Assembly (NCBI RefSeq): GCF_006345805.1
Contig: NC_043024.1
Coordinates: 19,778,001-19,842,000, forward strand
DNA: 64,000 nucleotides
Direction: 5' to 3'
From: Octopus sinensis
Lineage: Eukaryota
Within the stretch, counting starts at the first letter, position 1. The number at the start of each line of letters is the position of its first letter. Below the pieces are notes generated by a model. It was not told where the DNA came from and searched no databases. It saw only the letters and a program-made list of their open reading frames with translations. The translations under genes were made by a program, and so were the position numbers. Of the stretch, positions 48,801 through 60,445 are shown piece after piece.

Positions 48801-49139
48801 AAGTGCCTTTCATCCTTTCAGGGTCGATAAATAAAGTACCAGTTTTGCACTGAGGTCGATGTAATCGACTTAATCCCCTTGTCTGTCCTTGTTTGTCCCC
48901 TCTATGTTTAGCCCCTTGTGGGCAATAAAGAAATAAATATCAGTGCACCTAGCTGACTCTAAAATTTGGTTGTTTTGTAAGAAGCCACGCAGGAATAAAA
49001 ATACCTTTCTTGAAAGAGGAGGTAAAGGTTGGTGACAGGAAAGGCATCTAGCTTTATACTGCTGCTTCATTAAGTCATCCATGTTGAGGCAGGGGGTGGG
49101 GTGCAGGGAAGGAGGAGGAAATGAACATAAAAACGATAA

Positions 49140-49394
49140 TGATGATCATGTTGATGGTGATGGTGATGATGATTGTGATGGGGGAAAGTAACGATGAGGG
49201 TGATGATCATGATGATGTGGATGCTGCTGATGCTGCTGCTGCTGCTGATGATGGTGATGATGACGATGGTGATGGTGATGATGATGATTGTGATGGGGAA
49301 GGTAATGATGATGATGATGTGGTAGATGATGATGATGTGGATGATGATGATGTGGATGATGATGATGATGATGATGATGTGGATGATGATGATG

Positions 49395-49427
<33 letters not shown>

Positions 49428-49628
49428 GTGACGATGATGATGATGATGATGATGATGATGGTGACGATGATGACGACGATTGTGATGGGGAAGGTAATGA
49501 TGATGGTGATGATTATGATGATGTGGATGATGATGCTGATGATGATCGTGATGACAACGGTGATGATGATGTTGATGATGATAAAGATGATGATGATCAT
49601 GATAGTGATGGTAATGATAATGATAGCC

Positions 49629-49663
<35 letters not shown>

Positions 49664-49680
49664 AATTATTATGATGATGT
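49140..49680. repeat. (GAT)n microsatellite
   Basis: Direct inspection. Confidence 0.95.
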
Positions 49681-49964
49681 TAAAGTTTTTTTTTTAAAAT
49701 AGGTTGTAGCTAAATTTTTAAAGTCGTAGTCATGAACTAATTAAATTTAAAATCGAAAAATGATTTTTTTAACCATTTTACCAGTTTTATATGATTTTCA
49801 GAAAACATAAAATTTACCATTTTTAAATAATATGTAAAAATTTAAGACTATTTTACAAGAAATAAAAGAATATAGATTCAATGTTTATGTATTTTACACA
49901 TCATTAAACAATAAAATAAACTGCTTTCAGCTTTCTATAAGCTTTGAGAACATTCTAGAAAAAT

Positions 49965-50003
<39 letters not shown>

Positions 50004-50534
50004 ATGAGGACAACTGCATAAAGAAGTGCTGGACTCTAATTTTGGGGAGAACTTGTGGAAGGGGTAGATCCAGGAAGACATGAGATGAAGTCTTCAGATT
50101 CTGGGCATCACTGAGGAAATGGCAAGGACCCGGGAAGTTGTGATGGTTTGTTGTGCTTGAGAAAATCATCATCATCATCATCATCATCGTTTAACGTCCA
50201 TTTTCCATGGACGGTTTGACCAGGGTCTGGGAAGCCAGGAGGCTGCACCAGGCTCCAGTCTGATCTGGCAGTGTTTCTACAGCTGGATGCCCTTCCTAAC
50301 GCCAACCACTCCAAGAGTGTTGTGAATGCTTTTTACATGTCACGTCAGGCTAATTAAAATCATGGTTGTCCATACATACAGGTTTGTCCTTTGCAGGTGC
50401 CACATAGAATGCATTCATGCCAGTACTGCATAAAGGCCCCTGTGCCAGTGGCATGTAAATGGCACCTCACACACTCTGTAAAGTGTGCGTTGGGTGCCCT
50501 GGCACTGGGAATTGCATCCAGCTGTAGAGACCAT

Positions 50535-50900
50535 ACCTATTTCTTTACTATCCACAAGGGGTTAAACACAGAGGGGACAAACAAGGACAGACAAACGGAT
50601 TAAGTAGATTATATCGACCCCAGTGCATAACTGGTACTTAATTTATCGACCCCTAAAGGATGAAAGGCAAAGTCGACCTCGGTGGAATTTGAACTCAGAA
50701 CGTAACGGCAGACGAAATACCTATTTTTTTACTACCCACAAGGGGCTAAACACAGAGGAGATGAACAAGGACAGACAAATGGATTAAGTGAGTAACTGGT
50801 ACTTAATTTATCGATTCCAAAAGGATAAAAGGCTAAGTCAACCTTGGCAGAATTTGAACTCAGAACGTAACGGCAGACAAAATGTCCTAACGTTTCTGCC
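50535..50900 (-). mobile_element. SINE family B dimer
   Basis: The - strand junction reads AAAAATAG|GTATTTCGTC near 50711-50730. Confidence 0.8.
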
Positions 50901-51713
50901 AGATCTGGACAATTGGAGTCTGGACACGTCCCTGGCTGGTCAGCTTTTGCTGAACTGTCAAGCGTATCAGCATCAGAAACAGATGTTAAATAATGCTGAT
51001 GATGAGGTTATGTAGCATATGATACATAACCTTCATTAAGGGATGGTATATTGCCTCATTCCCTATTGAAGTCAGATGCTGCAGATTTCCAGCTAGATCG
51101 ATACAGTTTCCTGCAGAAGACAAGTCTGAAACTTAGACAACTGAAGAAACCAACCAAGGAGGTAGGCACAGCAGTAAAAAGCAGCTGAAGGAGGCTATGG
51201 TTGGTCAGAGAATGCTAATGGAAACTTTTCCCTATGCAAAGACTTGTTCAGGCCTCGCTGCCCCATTCTGGCAAAGCATACAGCAGGCTAAAATGAGAAA
51301 CACTTGTGACCCCGAGATACCTGCCTAAAATACTGAAGGGTATTTTGCATTGCAATGGAGCAAAGCATCTCTGATATTTAATTCACCAAATATATATTTG
51401 TGTGTGTGTGAAGGGGATTGGTCTTGTATGTGTGTGTGTGTGTGGGTGTGTGTGAAGGTGATTAGCCTAGTTGCCCTTATGATTATGAGGTCATGGTTTC
51501 AATTCCCAAACTGGTTGTATGCTGTGTTCTTGAGCAAAACACTTCAGTCCACTTAGTGGTAAATGGCTAACCCTGTGACAGAATAGCCTTCCAATCAGGA
51601 GAAATGCTGGTTTGCTCACCTTGCCAGCAGGATGGCATCATTTGAAAGCTAAAATAATGGAAAGCACATTGTGACCAGCAATGTATGACAGCATCCGATA
51701 TTCAATTTTTGTC

Positions 51714-51797
51714 AAATATTTCCCTGATGAGATTCTTACGCATAAACATGAACTTTTAATGGGTCTCAATCGAAACAATTGTGGGATTACAATATTT
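51714..51797 (+). ncRNA. Degenerate type I hammerhead-like motif (position 17 = G)
   Basis: CUGAUGA at 51724-51730, stem II GAUU/AAUC with a 33-nt loop, GAAA, palindromic stem III ACAAUUGU, stem I UCC/GGA plus AAAUAUU/AAUAUUU. Confidence 0.45.
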
Positions 51798-51855
51798 ATA
51801 TTTATATTATATAATAATAATAATATGTTAATAAATTAAGATATGTCAATCGTAA

Positions 51856-51908
<53 letters not shown>

Positions 51909-52159
51909 AATGTTTAAAATACATGGAGATTTAACAGGGAATGAAACTTCAAATATATACCATCAACTTATTAGTACTATTTAGTAGATAATCTTTTAAT
52001 GTGAAGTATGTTTGTCTGTGTTTTGCTGAGCCCAGAGTTGCCTCTGATGTAGCAGACTCATTGCATAGTTTCTTTTTTCTTTCTGAAATACCCCAAATCT
52101 ATGTCTTTCTTTAGACAAAAGGGTGTGCTTTAAGAGAGATTTGGCTGTAATTTGCAATA

Positions 52160-52259
52160 NNNNNNNNNNNNNNNNNNNNNNNNNNNNNNNNNNNNNNNNN
52201 NNNNNNNNNNNNNNNNNNNNNNNNNNNNNNNNNNNNNNNNNNNNNNNNNNNNNNNNNNN
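52160..52259. other. Assembly gap (100 N)
   Basis: A run of exactly 100 N, the usual placeholder for a gap of unknown size. Confidence 0.98.
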
Positions 52260-52759
52260 CTGAACTCTTGATTACTTTGTGGTTAGTAATCCATTGCCTG
52301 AAATTTGAAGCCATTAAGTCTTTAAACATTATTTTACTGGGTTTAGTCTTTTGACTGGCTCCATGATGGAGAATCACCTTCAAAAATTTAATTGACCATA
52401 CTGACCTCAGTACCAATTTCAATCTAGCACTTATTTTATAGATCTCTGCTTGATGAACTGCTAACTTTCAGACATAGAGGGACACAATACTCGATTTAAC
52501 AACAAATGTAAACACACACCCACACACACATACGTACATACATACATACACACACATACATATACATAGATACATACATACATACACACACACATACATA
52601 CATACATACAAACATGCATACATACATACATACTTACATACATAAGTATGTATCAATAACTACCGATAATATATTCAAATTAGCAAACTGAAATCAAGAT
52701 TTTGACAACCAAATCTTGTTTTTGTTGTTCTTGGGAGAAAAAACATCTATGTTTATAAC

Positions 52760-53547
52760 TCACAACCACTAATACCATCGCCACCATCACCGTGAATATC
52801 GTCAATAGCAACAACAACAACAATATCACAGCACCATTAATAAGCATCATCACTAGTGCCACCCCCAATACGATCACCACCAGCAACAACAATAACAATA
52901 CCATCGCCACCACCACCACCACCATCACCACCAACACCATCGGCAACACCGCTATCGTTACTATCATCGCCGCCAACATCAACACTACCACCATGACCGC
53001 TATCTCCACCACCATCACAACCACCAACACTACCACCATCACTACCACCACCACCACCACCACCACCACCAGTGCCATCACTGCGACCATCACCATCAAG
53101 GCCAACACTACCACCATCACCACTATCACCACCAATATCAACACTACCACCATCACCACTACCTCCACCACCATGACACCTTCACCACCACCAACACTAC
53201 CACCATCACTACCACCACCACCATCACTACCATCACCATCAAGGCCAACACTACCACCATCACCACCACCACTACCACCACCATCACCACCAACACCATC
53301 AGCAACACCACCACCATCACCACCACCAGTGACATCACTGCAACCATCTCCACTATCACCACCAATATCAGCACTACCACCATCACCACTACCTCCACCA
53401 CCATCACACCATCACCACCACCAACACTACCACCATCGCCACCACCATCACCTCCACCATCACTACCACTACCACCACCACCATCCCACCATCACCACCA
53501 CCACCACAAACATAATCATCACCATCAAGGCCAACACTACCACCATC

Positions 53548-53578
<31 letters not shown>

Positions 53579-53620
53579 CCAACATCACTGCCCACACCAC
53601 CACCACCACAACAGCAAGAT
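52760..53620. repeat. (ACC)n-rich low-complexity array with internal duplications
   Basis: CCATCAAGGCCAACACTACCACCATC recurs near 53093, 53235 and 53520. Confidence 0.9.
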
Positions 53621-54049
53621 CATTTACTTTCTAGAATATACTATAATTCAAACAAAAGATAAAAAAACACCAAAAAAAAAGATACGATAACCCCCCCCCC
53701 CACCACCACCACCACCACGACGACCACCCACGACCACCACCACCCACGACCACCACCACCACCCAACCACCACCACCCATCCACCCCAAACTAAATTGCA
53801 TTTCACAATTTTTCTCTATTTTATCAATTAGAAACTACTCAAATGTCAAAGAAAAAACGGAACAAGTTTAATTTCGGTTCCGCTCTTTGGATAAAAGAAA
53901 AATCTCCAAATAATTATAAGAGAATGGAGAAAGAATCTGGTTAAGTTTCCAGGATAATAAGATGTCTTGGAGAAGCGAAGAGAAAAAAGATAAAGTGATT
54001 TATTTGATTCCGATCTGTATGTAAACATTTCAAAACTAGATTCTTAAAT

Positions 54050-54268
54050 CTGCTTCTCTCTCTCTCCTCTCTTTCTCTCAAATTCTATCTTTAAAGATCT
54101 CCATCTTTCTCAAGCTCTCTGTCTGTCACTCTTTATCTATCTATATATCTATTTTTCTATCTATCTATCTGTCTGTCTGTCTATCTATCTATCTGTCTGT
54201 GTCTATCTATCTACCTACCTATCTATCTATCCATCCATCCATCAATCCATCCATCCACCCACCCACCC

Positions 54269-54331
<63 letters not shown>

Positions 54332-55219
54332 CTTCTATCTGTCTATCTATCTATCGGTCTATCTATCTATCTATCTATCTATCCTTCTATCTGTCTATCT
54401 ATCTATCGGTCTATCTATCTATCTATCTATCTATCTCTCTCTCTCTCTGTAACAGTAAATTAGTCTGCTTCTCTTTAACTCTCTAATTGTAACTCTTTCT
54501 CACTCTCTCACTAAGTCTGTGTTTGTCTCTCTCTTTCTCTCTAGAACTAAATCTATCTTTAAAGATCTATCTTTCTCCGTCTCTCTCTCTCTCCCTTTAA
54601 CTCTCCAACTGTAAATTTCTCTCTCTCTCTCTCACTAAGTCTGTCTCTAACTCTGTATGTGTCTCCCTTTCTCCCTTGCTCTCTCACTAAATCTATCTCT
54701 AACTCCTCTCTCGTTCTCCCTAAATGTAACTCTTTCTCAATCTATCTTTAAATCTCTCTCAAATATTTTTCATTAATGTCTCTCTTTTTCTCTTCCCCTC
54801 CATTCCTCTCTTTCTCTTTCCCTCTCTCACTATATGTTACTCTCACTCCTTCTCTAACACTAAATCTATCTGTAACTCTAAAATTATCTCTAATTCTCTC
54901 TCCCTAAATGTGATTCACTCCCTCACTCTCCCTCCATCTCTAACCTTATCTCTGTCTCTTTCTCCCTAAATATAACCTTAACTCATTCTCTGACACTCTT
55001 TCACTGCCCCTCCCTCTCGCTCTCACTCACTCTTGCTCAAAGTCTACCTCTGTAATGCTAACACTCCCTCTATTCTCCTCTCTCTCTCTTTCTCACTCTC
55101 TCACTTTAACTTCCTCTCTCTCTATCTCTCTCTCTCTCTCTCTCTTCATCTATCTATCTATCTATCCACCTATCTATTTATCTATCTATCTATCTATCTA
55201 TCTGTCTATCTGTCTGTCT

Positions 55220-55262
<43 letters not shown>

Positions 55263-55428
55263 GTCTATCTATCTCTCTCTCTCTCTCTATCTATCTATCT
55301 GTCTATCTGTCTGTCTATCTCCTATCTCTCTATCTCTCTCTCTCTATCTATCTATCTATCTGTCTATCTATCTCTCTCTCTCTCTCTATCTATCTATCTG
55401 TCTATCTGTCTGTCTATCTATCTACCTA

Positions 55429-55479
<51 letters not shown>

Positions 55480-55534
55480 ATCTATATATCCCTCTATCTA
55501 TCTGTCTATCTGTCTATCTGTGTGTCTATCTATC

Positions 55535-55574
<40 letters not shown>

Positions 55575-55575
55575 A
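54050..55575. repeat. (CTAT)n/(CT)n pyrimidine-rich arrays
   Basis: Direct inspection. Confidence 0.9.
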
Positions 55576-56768
55576 GCTAATTGGTAATGAAACTCATGTT
55601 TTTCCCCAGAATACCTGAACTGTTATTTAGACTTCTATTAACTAAAAAACAGAAAATAGATAAAAATATATTTGATGGCAAAAAAAACAAAAACATTTAT
55701 ATATTTTTATCTTGAAAAAAAAAATAACACAAACCATCCTCCCCTGATCTGTTACTTAACTAGAAAGATATAATGCTGTTTGGTTTTTTTTTTTTCTTTC
55801 TTACTTATTTTCTTTCGCAACTTTTTCACCCCCCCCTTACAACCCCCCGCCCACCGGGAACATGGGAATAGATGCAACAATATATATATATATACAGTTT
55901 TCTATGTAAGAAATCAGCACATGAAAGGGAGAGGGGCTTAGGTGGGTTGAAAGCGAGTAAATTTACGAAAATAACAGGTAAGGTTCTTTTCAATACATAT
56001 ATATATATATATGTATATGTTATATATATATATATATTATATATGATATGTATATAGATATATTATATATATATATATATATACATACATACATACACAC
56101 ACTGCACATATACATATATATAAATATACCAGATGAACCAGTGCTGCTTACATATATATATATATATAAAATATGTGTGTGTGGGTATATATATTATATA
56201 TATATATATGCATATATACACAAAACACATACACACACATGTTATGTATATATATATATATACATATACACACATGTATGTATATGTATATATATATAGC
56301 TTAAGTTAGAATGAAATAACGAAGTAGGTTGATAGGAAAATAAATAAATAAAATAAATAGAATTGAAATTATTGGTTGGTGAGAAAGGGAAGACTTTCAG
56401 CGATAAGAAAATGTAAGTTGTGATTGATAAAAATCAATAGTTCGCTATTTACGATAACACAACCATAACAATGGTCTGTGACTTCGGTACAAAGCCAGGA
56501 GTTTAGAAGGAATGGTGTTAATCGATACCATCAGCGCTGGTGCTTGACTGCTGCTTTATGTAATCAACCCCTGTGTGAATGAAAGGTGAAGTTGTCCCTG
56601 GCGTGAATTGAAATTCAGAATCTAAAGAATCAAATGTGTTGAAAGTCAGTTTTTTTTTCTAAATCTTTATTGATTTTGTTGATCTGTTGCCCTTAAGAAT
56701 TGCTTCTGACTTGGGGTACAAAGCCACCAAATTTGAAGGGACAGGCTAGCTGATACCATTGATCCCAG

Positions 56769-57077
56769 TATCATCATCATTTAGCGTCCGTTTTCCATGC
56801 TAGCATGGGTTGGACAGTTCGACCGGGGATCTGGGAAGCCAGAAGGCTGCACCAGGCTCCGGTCTGATCTGGCAGAGTTTCTACAGCTGGATGCCCTTCC
56901 TAACGCCAACCACTCCGTGAGTGTAGTGGGTGCTTTTTACGTGCCACCGGTACAGGTGCCAGGCAAGGCTGGCAACGGCCACGATTCAGATGGTGCTTTT
57001 TACATGCCACAGGCACAGAAGCCAGACTAGGCGACACTGGCATCGGCCACATTCAGATGGTGCATTTTGCTAATCTC
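56769..57077 (-). mobile_element. Family C element flanked by a ~82-bp direct duplication
   Basis: Flanks at 56687-56768 and 57078-57160. Confidence 0.8.
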
Positions 57078-57639
57078 TTGCCCTTAAGAATTGCTTCTGA
57101 CTTGGGGGTACAAAGCCATCAAATTTGAGGGAATGGGTTAGCTGATACCATTGATCCCAGCATGTGATTAGTATTTTGTTTTATCAACCCCAGAATGATG
57201 AAAAGCAAAGCTGGCAGGATTTGATCTCAGATTATAAAGTGCTGGAACAAGTTATAGGAATTAAAGTTGTCCATAAGTAAGAAATGGTTGAGAGCCTTTT
57301 TTGGAATCGATGGAGTCCCAGTTGTTGAGGAATACATTATCCAGTGTGTCTTTCTTTGAGTTGCTGCTGTAGTTTAGCCCTGAGTCAGACCTGATCCAGT
57401 ACATTTGGTTAAAAATATTCCTGATGGTGACCGTAATATATTTTTTTCAGGTGTAATGTATCTAGGAGTACATTGTACAGTATGTCCCTAACTGTTGTTG
57501 CTTAACTTTAGGTCAAGCCTGATTCAGTATAATTGCAATCAAAGTGGGTTCCCATCGTGACCATCCATTGAATTTTGGAGACATAGAATATCTAGAACTG
57601 CAATATCCAATATGTTTGTCTTTGCTGTTGCTATGCTGT

Positions 57640-58010
57640 TGCTGTTGAGCGAATGGTCTTCATCCCAGAGCTCGCAAGATGGGAGAAGTCTGAAACGTGG
57701 TCCTTTGCTATTCGTAAGACACGCAGAAGAGAAAGCAGGTCAACCCCCGACACCGAGAGCATCGACGGATGGATGAATGTGCCTCCAGGCTCAGCAGTTG
57801 CGTAGGAAGCCAGGGACAAGCAACAAGAAGAAAGAGTGAGAGAAAGTTGGGGCAAAAGAGTACAACAGGGGTCGCCACCACCCCTTACCGGAGCCTCGTG
57901 GAGCTTTAGGTGTTTTCGCTCGATAAAAACACACAACGCCTGGTCTGGGAATCGAACCATGATCCTCCAACTGCGAGTCCGCTGCCCTAACCACTGGGCC
58001 ATTGCGCCTC
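57640..58010 (-). mobile_element. tRNA-Arg-like SINE
   Basis: Head GGAGGCGCAATGGCCCAGTGGTTAGGGCAGCGGACTCGC; homologous to 31205-31557. Confidence 0.82.
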
Positions 58011-58691
58011 CTTGCTGTTGCTATTTAACCCAGAGCAGACCTATTTCTAGCAGACCTATAACCTAAGATGTTTCTACTGTGAGCATTCATTATTCTGGCA
58101 TCGTGTATGTAGGATTATATTATCTGATGTGCATTTAATTATTCTTATTTAGCCCTAGGCAGATCTAACACAAAGTACAAAGTTGTACCTATTGTAACAA
58201 CACCATATTTTTATTGACATAATGTATCAAGGACTACATTTTTCCAATGTGCCTTTCTTTGTCATTGTTCTGGTTGTGACCATCGTTATTTTTGGCATTG
58301 TGTATCTAAGGCTACATTATCCAATGTGCCTTTGAGTTATTGTTTAGCCCTAGATCAGACCTGGTCTTGTAAACCTCTTACCAAGGGGGTTCTACTTGTG
58401 ACCACCATTATTTTCGGCATTGTGTACCTAGGATTACAGTCCCAAATTTGATGCTTAGCTCTAGGGCCATCCCTGATCTACCACACCAACAAATGACATT
58501 TTCTTCCATCCAAGTTATGACCCCTTACATCAAAGGACCTGACTTTCAACTTACCTTTCACCCCTCATCGGACAAAAATTAGCACTGTAAAAAAGTGCTG
58601 GTAGTGTCTTAGAAGTACTCCAGCATGGCCACAGCTCAGTGACTAAAACCAGTGTACAAAATACTAAAAGAATAATAGAACTACGTGAACT

Positions 58692-59135
58692 ATAGGCGCA
58701 GGAGTGGGTGGTGTGGTAAGTAGCTTGCTAACAAACACATGGTTCCGAGTTCAGTCCCACTGCATGGCACCTTGGGGAAGTGTCTTCTACTATAGCTCGT
58801 CGGCAACCAAAGCATTGTGAGTGGATTTGGTAGACGGAAACTGAAAGAAGCCTGTCGTACAGTGTGTGTGTGTGTGTGTGTGTGTGAGTAGTGTAGTGTG
58901 TATGTTGTGTGTGTGTGTGTTGTGTGTGTTGTCCCCTAGCATTGCTTGACAACCGATGCTGGTGTGTTTGTGTTTACGTCCCCGTCACTTAGCAGTTCGG
59001 CAAAGATACCGATAGAATATAGTAATGGGCTTACAAAAGAATAAGTCCCGGGGTCAATTTGCTCGACTAAAGGCGGGTGTCCAGCTCCAGCATGGCCACA
59101 GTCACATGACTGAAACAAGTAAAAGAGTATAGAGA
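58692..59135 (+). mobile_element. SINE family A (indel-rich copy)
   Basis: Colinear with the family consensus. Confidence 0.8.
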
Positions 59136-59616
59136 GTACAAAACTATCAAAACCTCACTCCCATTTTGAAACAAAATGTCATATCTCTAAACTGGCTCCC
59201 TTAGTAAGTTTAATATAAGTAATTTAACCAACTTCAGCAGTATCTCTTGGCAGAGACACAGGCTGCATATTTTATTTACCGTTTATTATCTGAACTTGGC
59301 AGCACCGTCTTTATTACCTACTTCCGTTAAAGCTCTTTTCAGCCAACTAATTTGGTTAGGTTTACAAATTCTAGTTTAACAAGTCATTCGGAAAACCATT
59401 TTGATCATTGATAACTTTTAAGGAAGACACCAGAGTGCTTTTATACTAGCAAAGTGGTCATAACTCCACTTACATTATTGGCCCTTAAAAATAATTATGC
59501 ATAAATATATAGAGTATAATATATATTATATATATATATCTTATAATATATATATATTTATTATATAATAATATATAACATATATAATATATATATATAT
59601 ATATATAATATATTAC

Positions 59617-59659
<43 letters not shown>

Positions 59660-59699
59660 TTACATATACATATATATATATTATATATATATATATATA

Positions 59700-59749
<50 letters not shown>

Positions 59750-59848
59750 AATATGTATGTATAATGTATATATATATATATATATATATATGATATATAT
59801 ATGTGTATATATATATATGTGAATTATATATTATATTATATATATAAT

Positions 59849-59880
<32 letters not shown>

Positions 59881-59898
59881 ATATTTTATATAATATAT

Positions 59899-59941
<43 letters not shown>

Positions 59942-60145
59942 ATATATATGTGTTATATATATCATATAAAGAGAGAAAGTATCAGAGGAAAATATATACA
60001 TATATACATAAAGAAGGAGAAGAAGTATGAGAGATAAGACGACAAGACGAACAACGACAACGATGAAAAGAAGACGAAGATTGTAGTGATGGTGATGATG
60101 CTGATGAAAACTATGATAACAAAGACGATATATATATATATATAT

Positions 60146-60398
60146 CATCATCATCATCATCATCATCATCATCGTTTAGGGTCCGCTTTCCATGCTGGCA
60201 TGGGTTGGACGGTTCGACCGGGGATCTGGGAAGCCAGAAGGCTGCGCCAGGCTCCAGTCTGATCTGGCAATGTTTCTACAGCTGGATGCCCTTCCTGACG
60301 CCAACCACTCCGTGAGTGTAGTGGGTGCTGTTTACGTGCCACCGGCACAGGTGCCAGACGAGGCTGGCAAATGGCCATAATCGGATGGTGCTTTTTAA
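60146..60398 (-). mobile_element. Family C element between (TA)n tracts
   Basis: Homologous to the RTE 3' UTR. Confidence 0.8.
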
Positions 60399-60445
60399 GT
60401 ATATATATATATATATATAGATATATATATATATATATATATATA

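Noticed and set aside
26420-58010. tRNA genes at the heads of the tRNA-Arg-like SINEs
   Set aside because: They have A/B-box-like motifs but no complete cloverleaf, and they continue into a SINE body.
321-59118. Many 60-140 aa ORFs with recurring text such as [28 protein letters not shown] and LDALPNANH
   Set aside because: They are readings of SINE families A, B and C that recur at every copy.
5816-60172. Long low-complexity ORFs (poly-I, poly-V/G/P/D, YI/CV repeats), e.g. 13605-14183, 32435-33459, 35010-36372, 49070-49702, 52680-53634
   Set aside because: They are translations of microsatellites, with no splice or domain support.
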